Sequence record: OP617745.1
Direction: 5' to 3' (one strand)
DNA: 64,000 nt
Below the pieces are notes generated by a model. The model had not been told where the DNA came from. It ran no database searches and was given only the letters and a program-made list of their open reading frames with translations. Positions 1 through 9,045 of this stretch are shown here, one piece after another. Position numbers and translations under genes: made by a program. Every line of letters begins with the position of its first letter. Positions within the stretch are counted from its first letter, which is position 1.

Positions 1-110
1 ATTATATGTCAGATGGTACACCATATGACGTTACTGTTACAGTACTGAAACCTGAAGTTAATGATCTTGAAGGTTTAAAACAGTGCTACGCATACCAAAC
101 ACGTAGTTAA
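1..110 (+). CDS. 3' end of a gene entering from the left edge (partial, unknown product)
   Basis: Open frame ...YMSDGTPYDVTVTVLKPEVNDLEGLKQCYAYQTRS ends at TAA 108-110 and is followed by a terminator hairpin. Confidence 0.55.
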   Translation, partial: YMSDGTPYDVTVTVLKPEVNDLEGLKQCYAYQTRS

Positions 111-119
111 TATATTAAA

Positions 120-148
120 GGCAGAGATGTACTTCTCTGCCAATTTTT
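120..148 (+). terminator. Rho-independent terminator
   Basis: GGCAGAGA-tgtact-TCTCTGCC then AATTTTT. Confidence 0.7.
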
Positions 149-179
149 AATTCAAAACAAAATAAGGTTTAGTAGATAT

Positions 180-1040
180 ATGAAATTATATTTTTTATTT
201 TCTTTTGCTGAAGATATGTATGGATTTGCAGAAGTTGCAGAAAGTGATGGAATCTCATCACATACCAGGCATCAAAAACACCCACATGAGTTTTATAATA
301 ATTTATTCATGTTTATGCAATATAAAATTTTCTCATCTGAATTTGATAATTTAGATCACCCATGGGAATTACCTTTAATTGATATTCCAGACGAATACGT
401 ATTTCAGTTCATGTTAATGGGTCTGGAAGACTATGACTTAGTTGTTTATAACTACAGAACTAAACGCATTATGCTTGGAACTCACGATAGTTCCATTGTA
501 TATGTTTCAAGTACCAATGATGAGTTAGCGTCTGATGAAGGTAATTATAGAAAATCTTATGGTTATATAGAAAATGATAATGATTTTATTTTAGATTTTC
601 GTGTATCAGAAGAAGAAAGAAGAAAAAGAGAAACTTATCAAGTGGAGTTAAAACCAGATAATGGTTATAATGAAATTTTGGAAGTACTTAAACCATACTA
701 CCTTGATATTGTTTATAAGAAATATAAACGCCTGCTAAATCATCTTAGCGAAAAAGAACCAATTGGTTTTGAAACCAATTCATTACGTAATAGCATCATA
801 TTTCCACCTAGAGTAATGAAATATGGTGAAGTTTCTAAACACAAGATGAAACTATATCCCGATGATATTGAAGTTCTATATCATTCGTGGTTGAATAATG
901 ATGAACTATATGTAGAAAATAAAAAGTTAATGCGTATAAGTAATAATGATGATAGATTGCTACAAGCGTGGTATAATGATTCATATTCTGCATTTACTGA
1001 CAGTAATTCTGAGTATTGGAAGAACACAGGACAAAAATAA
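180..1040 (+). CDS. Hypothetical protein (286 aa)
   Basis: Long ORF between two terminators; no motif recognised. Confidence 0.75.
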   Translation: MKLYFLFSFAEDMYGFAEVAESDGISSHTRHQKHPHEFYNNLFMFMQYKIFSSEFDNLDHPWELPLIDIPDEYVFQFMLMGLEDYDLVVYNYRTKRIMLGTHDSSIVYVSSTNDELASDEGNYRKSYGYIENDNDFILDFRVSEEERRKRETYQVELKPDNGYNEILEVLKPYYLDIVYKKYKRLLNHLSEKEPIGFETNSLRNSIIFPPRVMKYGEVSKHKMKLYPDDIEVLYHSWLNNDELYVENKKLMRISNNDDRLLQAWYNDSYSAFTDSNSEYWKNTGQK

Positions 1041-1043
1041 ACC

Positions 1044-1071
1044 AAGGACGGCGTAAAAACCGTCCTTTTTT
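1044..1071 (+). terminator. Rho-independent terminator
   Basis: AAGGACGG-cgtaaaaa-CCGTCCTT then T-run directly after the stop codon. Confidence 0.8.
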
Positions 1072-1119
1072 AATACATAAATATCTGAACGAAAAATAGA
1101 TTTAAGATATAATGTTTAT

Positions 1120-1740
1120 AATTACAAGGATGTTGGATGCACAGGATGTGCATACACTAAAAACCTGATCCACTCGAAACAAGTAGAGGGCAGATGAGTA
1201 TACCAACAATACGCCGTGTAGAGGATACCCGTTTAGGCGAGTCGACACGTTAAAGGGCAAAGGTAGCACGATTGCCCCAATCTCTCAGGAGATTGATAGG
1301 ACGCGAATCCAGTTAAGTCTGGACATTAAGTGTAAAAGGGAGATTATTTTCTTTTAGATATTTTGGAAATAATCACAGTATTGAATTGCTTGAATAGTTC
1401 GGTACTGAAGTGCAAGTATGTTTAAACTTGTGACCGTTGCATGTGACTGCGATAAGGGGAAACCGGGCAACCCGCCTCTGCCTAAATAAATTGAATTTAT
1501 TAGAATTCGCAATTCAAGGAATTTCGACAGCTACGAGCTTCAAGGCTTAGCTTTTTTATTTCTCTTCCCCTCCCTGTGGGGGGATGAAAATATCTCGTGC
1601 AAACGCCTTCAAGTATTGAAATTCACGAAGTGAATTGAAATTACTTGTTCTGTAGTCGAACGACAGTGAGACGTGAGAACAAGTAATTTCTGCATGTATC
1701 AACGAAGTGCAAACGGAGTTGATACATAGCACTTTAAAAC
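1120..1740 (+). ncRNA. Candidate large structured non-coding RNA or structured cis-element
   Basis: No ORF in the track over ~740 bp; much higher GC than the flanks; many stems (ATGCACA/TGTGCAT, CGTGT/ACACG, GGGCAA/TTGCCC, CAATCTC/GAGATTG, TCCAG/CTGGA, GAAATTACTTGTTCT/AGAACAAGTAATTTC, ATGTATCAAC/GTTGATACAT); TATAAT at ~1108. Confidence 0.55.
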
Positions 1741-1782
1741 ATTATTGAATTCAATAATTAATATTATTATGGTTTTAAAGAA

Positions 1783-2379
1783 ATGAATTTAGAAGAACAG
1801 AAGAAAATCGCTTCAAGAAAACAAAAGAAAGGGATTGATATTAAGTACTACAATACTGATTTTGATTTAGTACTAAATCCAGATACCACATTTAGTGGAT
1901 ATGTAGTAAGAACAGAAAAAAATACATTGTCAAATATTAAAGAATATGAAAATGGAAAAGAGATTGGAATCATTTCATTTAGACCTACACAAACCCCCAC
2001 CATAGATGTTGTTCGTTATAAAAGCTATTATGAAGAACGATACGTAAATGGAAATCTTTCTTTGCAATTCAATATAACATGTGATTCATTATTCGGTGAA
2101 TATATAAAATATGATCAAAATGGTGATATTTTAATGAGATATTACTATAATAATAATGTTAATTGTACTGAAGAAATCATGGATTTTATTGGATTTAATG
2201 GTACAATTGAAGAGTTTAAATATTATACATTTAAAGAAGATGAAGAATTTAATATTTTAATGCGTTATGGGAGTCACTTTAAATTATTAAAAGAACAAGA
2301 AAAAAAACCTCAGTACTTTGACGGTTTATTTGAGAGGTTATATAAAAAAAATAGGGAAATAAATGAGAAAAGGAAGTAA
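1783..2379 (+). CDS. Hypothetical protein (198 aa)
   Basis: ORF with short Y..NG/Y.ENG beta-repeat-like segments; function unknown. Confidence 0.75.
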   Translation: MNLEEQKKIASRKQKKGIDIKYYNTDFDLVLNPDTTFSGYVVRTEKNTLSNIKEYENGKEIGIISFRPTQTPTIDVVRYKSYYEERYVNGNLSLQFNITCDSLFGEYIKYDQNGDILMRYYYNNNVNCTEEIMDFIGFNGTIEEFKYYTFKEDEEFNILMRYGSHFKLLKEQEKKPQYFDGLFERLYKKNREINEKRK

Positions 2380-3007
2380 AAAAAGTGATTTAGTTCACGG
2401 ATTTGGTATAAATGATATACCTAGAGATTCAAAATTAGATAGTGATTATTATAGATGTTATGGTATATGGGTTGGATTTTTGCGTAGATGTTATAGTAAT
2501 AATAGATCTCTAAAGAATATTTCATATACAAATACTGTTGTATGTGACGAGTGGAAATACTATTCAAATTTCAAAATATGGTATTATAATAATTACATAG
2601 AAGGTTATCAAATAGATAAAGATGTAATTGGTGGTACATTAGATATATATTCACCAGAAACGTGTGCTTTCATACCTAACTTGATTAATAGCTGTATTAT
2701 TGATGGTAATAGAAAAGATAAGAGTACGCCAATTGGTGTTTCATTATCTATATATAAAAACAATGTCAAGTACAGAACCTGTATAACAAAATATGGTAAA
2801 CAATTAAAAAATTTCGGTTTATATGATAATCCGTATGATGCACATAAAATTTGGCAAATTGAAAAACGTAATTATCTTTTAGAATTAATTGATAAGTACA
2901 GTAATGATGTGGTACCAGAAGTCATTCAAGGATTACAACGACGAGTTGATATTTTGAATAATGATATTTTAAATGGAATAGAGACAAAAACAATAAGTAA
3001 AGTATAA
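2363..3007 (+). CDS. HNH-family homing endonuclease-like protein
   Basis: Phage HNH-like pattern RRCY...VCDEW..YSNF..W...IDKD...YSPETCAFIP..IN; paralogue of 4062-4739. Confidence 0.75.
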   Translation: MRKGSKKSDLVHGFGINDIPRDSKLDSDYYRCYGIWVGFLRRCYSNNRSLKNISYTNTVVCDEWKYYSNFKIWYYNNYIEGYQIDKDVIGGTLDIYSPETCAFIPNLINSCIIDGNRKDKSTPIGVSLSIYKNNVKYRTCITKYGKQLKNFGLYDNPYDAHKIWQIEKRNYLLELIDKYSNDVVPEVIQGLQRRVDILNNDILNGIETKTISKV

Positions 3008-3020
3008 GGATTATACAATC

Positions 3021-3539
3021 ATGGAAGAAGAAAAGAAAGATAAACATGCCGTACATTTTACAGGTGGTCATGATATATGGACTACTCCACTTGATTTTTT
3101 TAAGAAATTAGATGATGTTTGGCATTTTACATTAGATAGTGCTTGTGTAAAAGAAACTGCGTTATGCTCTAAGTACTATACACCAGAAACTGATGGTTTA
3201 TCTCAGGATTGGGGGAACGAAATTGTATGGTGTAATTGTCCTTACAGTGATATAAAAACTTGGTTATCTAAGTGTGCAGATGCGTATAAAAAAGGTGCTA
3301 CCGTACTGATATTAGTTCCTGCTCGTACCGAGACTATTGCATTTCAAAATTATGCTATGCCAATTGCTGATTGTATTACCTTTATTAAAGGTAGATTAAA
3401 ATTTGGTGATCCTGCTAATCCAGAACGTAAAACAACTAGTGCACCGTTCCCATCATGTCTAATAGTACTGGATAAGAATCTAACACAAGCGAAAATAGAT
3501 TGCCTAAAATCTTTAGGAAACACTATGGTTAACATATGA
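3021..3539 (+). CDS. Phage Dam-type DNA N6-adenine methyltransferase
   Basis: W.TP..FF, FTLD.AC, DGLSQDW, motif IV variant NCPY, LVPART, FIKGRLKF, SAPFPS. Confidence 0.85.
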   Translation: MEEEKKDKHAVHFTGGHDIWTTPLDFFKKLDDVWHFTLDSACVKETALCSKYYTPETDGLSQDWGNEIVWCNCPYSDIKTWLSKCADAYKKGATVLILVPARTETIAFQNYAMPIADCITFIKGRLKFGDPANPERKTTSAPFPSCLIVLDKNLTQAKIDCLKSLGNTMVNI

Positions 3540-4090
3540 ATAAATGTATAATTACTTTTGGTAGAATAAATCCAATTCATTTAGGTCATGGGATTTTATT
3601 CAATAAAGTACAAGATATTAGTACTGAATTAAATGCAGATTTTCGAATTTATCTCAGTACTACACAAGATCCAAAGAAAAATCCACTTCCACCTAATCTA
3701 AAACAATATTACACTTCAAATTTTTATCCAAACATTAAAGATGTATTGAGTACTGAAAGTAATGTAATTAATATTATGCAAGATTTGGATTCTCAGTACA
3801 GTGATATTATTTTTGTTTGTGGATCAGATCGAATAAATTCCTTTAAAAAAGCACTTGACAGTGCCAATGGAAAATTATATAATTTCGATTCAATAGAAGT
3901 AATTCAGGCTGGGATTGAAAGAGAATGTAGCAAATATAGTAGTACTGCAATGCGTTCATATGCACTTGGTGGCGATTATAAATCTTTCAGTACCTTTTTA
4001 CCTGGCAAAGATGTTTATTTAAAAGAACAACTATTTGAAGACGTACAGAGATACATGAGAGATGGGTATAATGGTAGCAAAAGGAAGTAA
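3536..4090 (+). CDS. Cytidylyltransferase-like (HxGH) nucleotidyltransferase
   Basis: TFGRINPIHLGH, VCGSDR, SSTAMR motifs. Confidence 0.8.
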   Translation: MNKCIITFGRINPIHLGHGILFNKVQDISTELNADFRIYLSTTQDPKKNPLPPNLKQYYTSNFYPNIKDVLSTESNVINIMQDLDSQYSDIIFVCGSDRINSFKKALDSANGKLYNFDSIEVIQAGIERECSKYSSTAMRSYALGGDYKSFSTFLPGKDVYLKEQLFEDVQRYMRDGYNGSKRK

Positions 4091-4739
4091 AAAAGGAGAT
4101 CTGGTGTATGGAATAGGTATTAATGACGTATATGGTGATTGTATAAGAACTAGTGAATTTATAATTGTTTATAGTGCATGGAAAGGTATGTTACAAAGAT
4201 GCTATTCTCCTATATGGTTAGAAAAACATCCTAGTTATATTGGGACTAAAGTATGTGATGAATGGAAATATTATTCCAATTACAAGAGTTGGCATTTAAA
4301 CAATTACATTGAAGGATATGAATTGGATAAAGATATTATTGATGGAAAATCTAAAATTTATTCACCATATACATGCTCGTTCGTACCTCCATTAATTAAT
4401 ACATGTATATTGGATGGTGGTAATACTAGCTATTCTTCTCCATATCCACTGGGTGTTTCTTATCATAAGAAAGCGAAACAAATGAAAAATGAACGTTCAC
4501 GCCCATATGAAACTAATATAACTCTTTATGGTAAAAGAAAAAACTTAGGTTCATTTAAAACACCAGAAGAAGCACATAAAGCATGGCAATTTACAAAACG
4601 TGATTATTTATTGGAATTGATTAATAAGTACTGTAATGATGTAGTACCAGAAGTAATTCAAGGGCTTCAACGACGTGTTGATATTCTCAATTATGATATT
4701 AAAAATAGCAGAGAAACCAAATCGCTGAGTAAAGTATAA
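4062..4739 (+). CDS. HNH-family homing endonuclease-like protein
   Basis: QRCYS...VCDEWKYYSNY...LDKD...YSPYTCSFVP..IN; C-terminus near-identical to 2363-3007. Confidence 0.75.
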   Translation: MGIMVAKGSKKGDLVYGIGINDVYGDCIRTSEFIIVYSAWKGMLQRCYSPIWLEKHPSYIGTKVCDEWKYYSNYKSWHLNNYIEGYELDKDIIDGKSKIYSPYTCSFVPPLINTCILDGGNTSYSSPYPLGVSYHKKAKQMKNERSRPYETNITLYGKRKNLGSFKTPEEAHKAWQFTKRDYLLELINKYCNDVVPEVIQGLQRRVDILNYDIKNSRETKSLSKV

Positions 4740-4793
4740 AAATATTAATACATGATTATTTAATGTATTAATATTTTTTTGAGAGGGTATAAA

Positions 4794-5084
4794 ATGGTAT
4801 TATTCAACATAGCAGCATTACATTGGGATAATAATGAAAAAACTGGATTTCGTCAAATCTCTGTTACTTATGAAGGTAAACAAATCATAAGTATTATCTC
4901 TAATAAAACCCTTGGGATATGGGGTTCTCGAATAGTACCTCTTGGATTCAGTTATAATAAAGATGAAGTACAAATGTTAAGTACTTTATATAAGAATATA
5001 GAGTGTATTATGAATTTTCTTGAACAAGATATAGTACTTAATCAGGATGCAGTACTTGACTTTTTGGAAAATATTAATGTATGA
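4794..5084 (+). CDS. Hypothetical protein
   Basis: ORF; ATG at 4794 follows GAGGG. Confidence 0.65.
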   Translation: MVLFNIAALHWDNNEKTGFRQISVTYEGKQIISIISNKTLGIWGSRIVPLGFSYNKDEVQMLSTLYKNIECIMNFLEQDIVLNQDAVLDFLENINV

Positions 5085-5337
5085 TATAACTTGTGTCTTT
5101 CAAGAAGCATGGCTGTCAGGCACTTATGATTTAGAAGTGATCGATGGTATTAAAATGTGGATTATAAAGAGTTCGACGCCTTTTAGTCCAGTAATAAAAA
5201 GTAAATTAAAATATGCAAGTGATGAATATTTAGATTGTACAATAAAAACAAAAAACATTAACTATAATGGAAAAATAATTTTTCTTGGTAATGAACATTT
5301 GTTTTATATTTTTAAAGAGGAATACAATGAATACTAA
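5077..5337 (+). CDS. Hypothetical protein
   Basis: ORF overlapping the previous stop; probable ATG at 5077. Confidence 0.6.
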   Translation: MYDITCVFQEAWLSGTYDLEVIDGIKMWIIKSSTPFSPVIKSKLKYASDEYLDCTIKTKNINYNGKIIFLGNEHLFYIFKEEYNEY

Positions 5338-5932
5338 TAGTAATACTTATTTTCGTTATCTACGTCTGGGTCTATCTCTTCGTCCAGTACGTGGTTATTG
5401 TGATGATCTGGAAGATTTTGAATACGCGTGGGCTGTTCATTGTGAAAATGTACAATACGTACTTAATGATTTTGGTGAATTTGAAAAAGATAATGATTCA
5501 ACTTCAATGATGAATGCGATTGACAATCTTGATTGTATTGCTAATTCAGATCGTCATGAAACAGTACTTGCAGTACAGAAATATATTGAAAGCAATCTGA
5601 GCAAGCCAGTTTGGTGCATGGTAAGCACTGAAGAACAACTTGGAATTACTTTTGGTACTGAAGATGGTTATGTTGCACAATTAATTATGGATTTCAGTAC
5701 TGAAGAAAAATTCATTTCTTATCGTGATAAAATTTATCAAGCACTATTACGCAGTGGTATCAGTGAAGATCAAGTACCAGAAATTGCACCAATGAAAGAT
5801 TTCTTCCTTATCCCAAGTGATGAAAAATATGATGCAATGTTTTATAAAATGAATGTGCCAGGTGTTATTGTTGAACATTTTGACGATGATAATACTGAGT
5901 GGTTGGACTTGGGTGATGACGAAGACTATTGA
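5327..5932 (+). CDS. Hypothetical acidic protein
   Basis: ATG at 5327 after GAGG; highly-expressed-style codons; acidic C-terminus. Confidence 0.75.
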   Translation: MNTNSNTYFRYLRLGLSLRPVRGYCDDLEDFEYAWAVHCENVQYVLNDFGEFEKDNDSTSMMNAIDNLDCIANSDRHETVLAVQKYIESNLSKPVWCMVSTEEQLGITFGTEDGYVAQLIMDFSTEEKFISYRDKIYQALLRSGISEDQVPEIAPMKDFFLIPSDEKYDAMFYKMNVPGVIVEHFDDDNTEWLDLGDDEDY

Positions 5933-6080
5933 TGATTTTTATTGCTTTATAGAAAATACAACTGCACTACTGGAATATTTTGATAATACTCCTTATCATA
6001 AAATAATAGTGCAGGTTTATGATGATCTTTTTTATGAATATGGTAACTATTTTGATTGGTTCGCACATCTTAGTACATAA
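5916..6080 (+). CDS. Small hypothetical protein
   Basis: In-frame ATG at 5916 within track ORF 5853-6080; fills a gap in the operon. Confidence 0.4.
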   Translation: MTKTIDDFYCFIENTTALLEYFDNTPYHKIIVQVYDDLFYEYGNYFDWFAHLST

Positions 6081-6345
6081 CTTTTTATTACTTCTTAATA
6101 ACAAAATACAAATTAACTATATTTTCAGAGATGATCCTTTATATAAAAATGAAATCTCTGATATATACAAGAATATGACAACTGAAATCTATCATTATTA
6201 CATGAATAAAAAATTCAAGTGCTATTATATCAAAGGAATTGTAAAACCAGCAAGGTTATATATATGCACTAAAAATGATATGGTGAGTAAAGTTATAGAT
6301 ATCAAAGATTTAAAAGATGAGGTTCTTAGGGATGAATGGTACTGA
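6019..6345 (+). CDS. Small hypothetical protein, ~90-aa array family (start uncertain)
   Basis: Helical N-terminus then MNKKFK...GIV beta-rich C-terminus ending IDIKDL. Confidence 0.6.
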   Translation: MMIFFMNMVTILIGSHILVHNFLLLLNNKIQINYIFRDDPLYKNEISDIYKNMTTEIYHYYMNKKFKCYYIKGIVKPARLYICTKNDMVSKVIDIKDLKDEVLRDEWY

Positions 6346-6649
6346 ATGTGTGAAAAAGAAAATAGAATTTATACAAATGACGTGTAAGGTAATTTTCGAT
6401 TTAGTACACAATACCAATATACCAACCTTGTTCAAAGAAGAATTATTATTAAGTACTGAGGTTATTTTTGAAGAATATTTCAGTACTAAATTGTATTTAA
6501 ATTATGGTAATTTTTACAAAATTCACGGCTTTACTATAAGTAGTTCAAATGGAAGTGTTTATATTTTAACTTCATTTGGTCATTTCGAATTAACAGAAAG
6601 TACTGTAAAAAATTTTTATGAATATCCATCAAAAATGAGAGTAAATTAA
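6332..6649 (+). CDS. Small hypothetical protein, possible array family
   Basis: ORF overlapping both neighbours; similar helix+beta layout. Confidence 0.6.
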   Translation: MNGTECVKKKIEFIQMTCKVIFDLVHNTNIPTLFKEELLLSTEVIFEEYFSTKLYLNYGNFYKIHGFTISSSNGSVYILTSFGHFELTESTVKNFYEYPSKMRVN

Positions 6650-6849
6650 TGAAAAAATGTTCGTGTTGTGGATCTACTCAAATTGCACGTTTTCGATTAG
6701 ATTCTGATTGGGCCGTTGGTTGTGGTGATTTCTACCCAGTTAATGATGATTCAGAATATACTGAAGAACAACTGAAAGATTTTGATAATAGTTGGAGACC
6801 AGATTTTGAGTTTCTATATTGTTTGAATTGTAATTCGGTACAGGAATGA
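6649..6849 (+). CDS. Small zinc-ribbon-like protein
   Basis: CSCCGS at the N-terminus and CLNC at the C-terminus. Confidence 0.7.
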   Translation: MKKCSCCGSTQIARFRLDSDWAVGCGDFYPVNDDSEYTEEQLKDFDNSWRPDFEFLYCLNCNSVQE

Positions 6850-7115
6850 TTAAACCACATTATCATTGTATTCACTACTTAGGAACGACTATTTGTAATG
6901 AATTTACGAAAAATAAACATCATCAATTCAGTACTGTAATACGTGATATATTGTTATACATTGAAAAAGAATTAACATTATTTTATAAAAATACCGTATA
7001 TACTTATTGTAATAAAAAGTACAAAATACTCAATTTATCATTTGATGATAGAGGATTTTTATATGTAATGAGTACTGAATATTATACTCATTTGGTTCTG
7101 CATACGGATTTATAA
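6846..7115 (+). CDS. Small hypothetical protein, array family
   Basis: ATGA overlap; IRDILLYIEKELTLFY resembles IRSILDNIEDELNVLY of the next ORF. Confidence 0.65.
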   Translation: MIKPHYHCIHYLGTTICNEFTKNKHHQFSTVIRDILLYIEKELTLFYKNTVYTYCNKKYKILNLSFDDRGFLYVMSTEYYTHLVLHTDL

Positions 7116-7384
7116 TGAACAAACAATTATTATACTGTAAAGTGGTTTATTACTTGACTAATTCAGTACTGAATATGAATAACACACATTTTAACTATTC
7201 ACTCTGTATTAGAAGTATTCTAGATAACATAGAAGATGAACTAAATGTGTTATATACTGGAAAAACATTCACAAAAAACAATATCCGACACAAATGTAAT
7301 GGTATTGTTATAACATATGGTCGTATATTTGCTTTATACGGTATACGTTACACTTGCTATTTTCATAGGGCCAAATTTAAATGA
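7115..7384 (+). CDS. Small hypothetical protein, array family
   Basis: TAATG overlap; similar to the previous ORF. Confidence 0.65.
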   Translation: MNKQLLYCKVVYYLTNSVLNMNNTHFNYSLCIRSILDNIEDELNVLYTGKTFTKNNIRHKCNGIVITYGRIFALYGIRYTCYFHRAKFK

Positions 7385-7998
7385 AAACAGATTATTCAAA
7401 ACTAAGAACAAAACTTTATGGAATTATAGAGGGACTATCTCTAATCGATCCAAAGTACTATGAATTACGTCGTTTACTTGCATTCGCCGAACAATATCAT
7501 TGTAATACACGCAAAGATGGTTCTGAAGAATTCTCTCATCAATTACAAATGCTTGGATTGGCTCTTACGCTTCATGAATCGATGTGTAAGCCGTTTGAAG
7601 TATACATGGCAATTGTATCTCATGATTTAATCGAAGACTATCCAGAAGCTTCTGAAACGCTTGAGATGTTATTCCCTGATGTAATCCAATATAGTCGCAA
7701 ACTGGCTAAATTTAAAGATTCAAATACTGATGAAGATTCGTACTATGGATACTTTAATCAGCTTGCTAATTGTCAAGTATGTTCAATTGTAAAACTCGTA
7801 GATAGAGTGCACAATTTGAGTACCGCACCTGGTGTATTCAGTACTGAAAAAATTATAAGTTATTGTGATGAAACTGATAAGTATTTCTTTGATATGATAA
7901 AAAAATCCAAAGTTATGTTCAATCAACGTTCAGCTTATGAAGTTCTAAAATTCATGTTGAATACTGAAGTCAGTACTATCAGGAATTTATTAAAATGA
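7381..7998 (+). CDS. HD-domain hydrolase of the RelA/SpoT hydrolase (small alarmone hydrolase/Mesh1-like) type
   Basis: AEQYH...RKDGS..F.H, HDLIEDY, VKLVDRVHNL motifs. Confidence 0.8.
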   Translation: MKTDYSKLRTKLYGIIEGLSLIDPKYYELRRLLAFAEQYHCNTRKDGSEEFSHQLQMLGLALTLHESMCKPFEVYMAIVSHDLIEDYPEASETLEMLFPDVIQYSRKLAKFKDSNTDEDSYYGYFNQLANCQVCSIVKLVDRVHNLSTAPGVFSTEKIISYCDETDKYFFDMIKKSKVMFNQRSAYEVLKFMLNTEVSTIRNLLK

Positions 7999-8201
7999 AA
8001 ATAGTTTTAGAATTTGCATTTATTATTTTTGGTTTCATTTGGTTCACTGCTATTTCAATTTTTGCTGGATATCTCATTATTAAACCGGATATGTTGATTT
8101 TCTACTGGATTTTGACTTTAATTGCATTCATCAGTGTTGTCTATTTGTCTTATAAACTGGTATATCTATATGCAGATGAAATCAAAAAATATAACACTTA
8201 G
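7995..8201 (+). CDS. Small membrane protein (two TM helices)
   Basis: Two long hydrophobic stretches. Confidence 0.65.
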   Translation: MKIVLEFAFIIFGFIWFTAISIFAGYLIIKPDMLIFYWILTLIAFISVVYLSYKLVYLYADEIKKYNT

Positions 8202-8234
8202 TTGGTTTTATGTTGAAAAGATTTAAAATCGATA

Positions 8235-8264
8235 TTGAATAAACATTTCTCCTTGTGATATAAT
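8235..8264 (+). promoter_or_regulatory. Sigma70-like promoter
   Basis: TTGAAT-N18-TATAAT with an extended -10 TG. Confidence 0.55.
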
Positions 8265-8308
8265 ACTATATGTAAAAGGATTTTACATAAGCACAAGGAG
8301 AGTCAAAG

Positions 8309-9037
8309 ATGATAGATAATTTAGCATTTGCATCCGAAATGGCTAATCAGTTGAACATGAGTAATTTTCAGAGTCTTACACCAGTGATGGCGGAATATGC
8401 TGTTGCTCATGCCACCTGTGGTGAACAAGTTGGATCAGCAAATTTATTAGCTGATGTATTCAGTACTGTACAAAGTACCCAATACAGTGTTAAAATGTAT
8501 AGGGATAAGTTTGTACAGTTGTATATGCTTGATGTAATAAAAGAAGAACCAGAATGGACTGATTTTATTATTGAACGTAGGATTAGTGGTGTTTCTAATC
8601 CAGATAAAGATGCAGTACAAGTATTTGATGAAATACTTCAAGATGTATATAGTAATGAACAAAAAAGTCTAAATCAATACAATGTACGTTCTACCAAGAC
8701 AGTGCTCGTGGGATTTGATGAAGATGAAGAATATTACTATTTTCGTTGTACTGAAGTAGATTTTAAATACGAAACTCCCAGTACAGTTAAAGTTAAAGAA
8801 TTTACTGAAAAGAGTAAAAACTTCAAAAAACATTCTTCTAATATTAGTAATATAGTTGGTTATAATAAAGATGGTATTGACATATATCAATGGGTACACC
8901 CAAATAACTCAACTTATACCAGATGTTTAAAGAAACGTTATAATTTAAAACAAGAAGAATCATTTTATTTTAAGATAAAGAAGCATTCCTATCAACGACC
9001 TGATGAATCAGTGTTACTTGGTATGATTTACTTCTGA
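8309..9037 (+). CDS. Hypothetical protein (242 aa)
   Basis: AAGGAG RBS, own promoter and terminator. Confidence 0.8.
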   Translation: MIDNLAFASEMANQLNMSNFQSLTPVMAEYAVAHATCGEQVGSANLLADVFSTVQSTQYSVKMYRDKFVQLYMLDVIKEEPEWTDFIIERRISGVSNPDKDAVQVFDEILQDVYSNEQKSLNQYNVRSTKTVLVGFDEDEEYYYFRCTEVDFKYETPSTVKVKEFTEKSKNFKKHSSNISNIVGYNKDGIDIYQWVHPNNSTYTRCLKKRYNLKQEESFYFKIKKHSYQRPDESVLLGMIYF

Positions 9038-9045
9038 TTTTAGTC

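Noticed and set aside
2363-4739. Calling the HNH-MTase cassette a bona fide restriction-modification system
   Set aside because: The HNH proteins look like ordinary free-standing homing endonucleases; there is no direct evidence they are linked to the MTase, so it is kept only as a hypothesis
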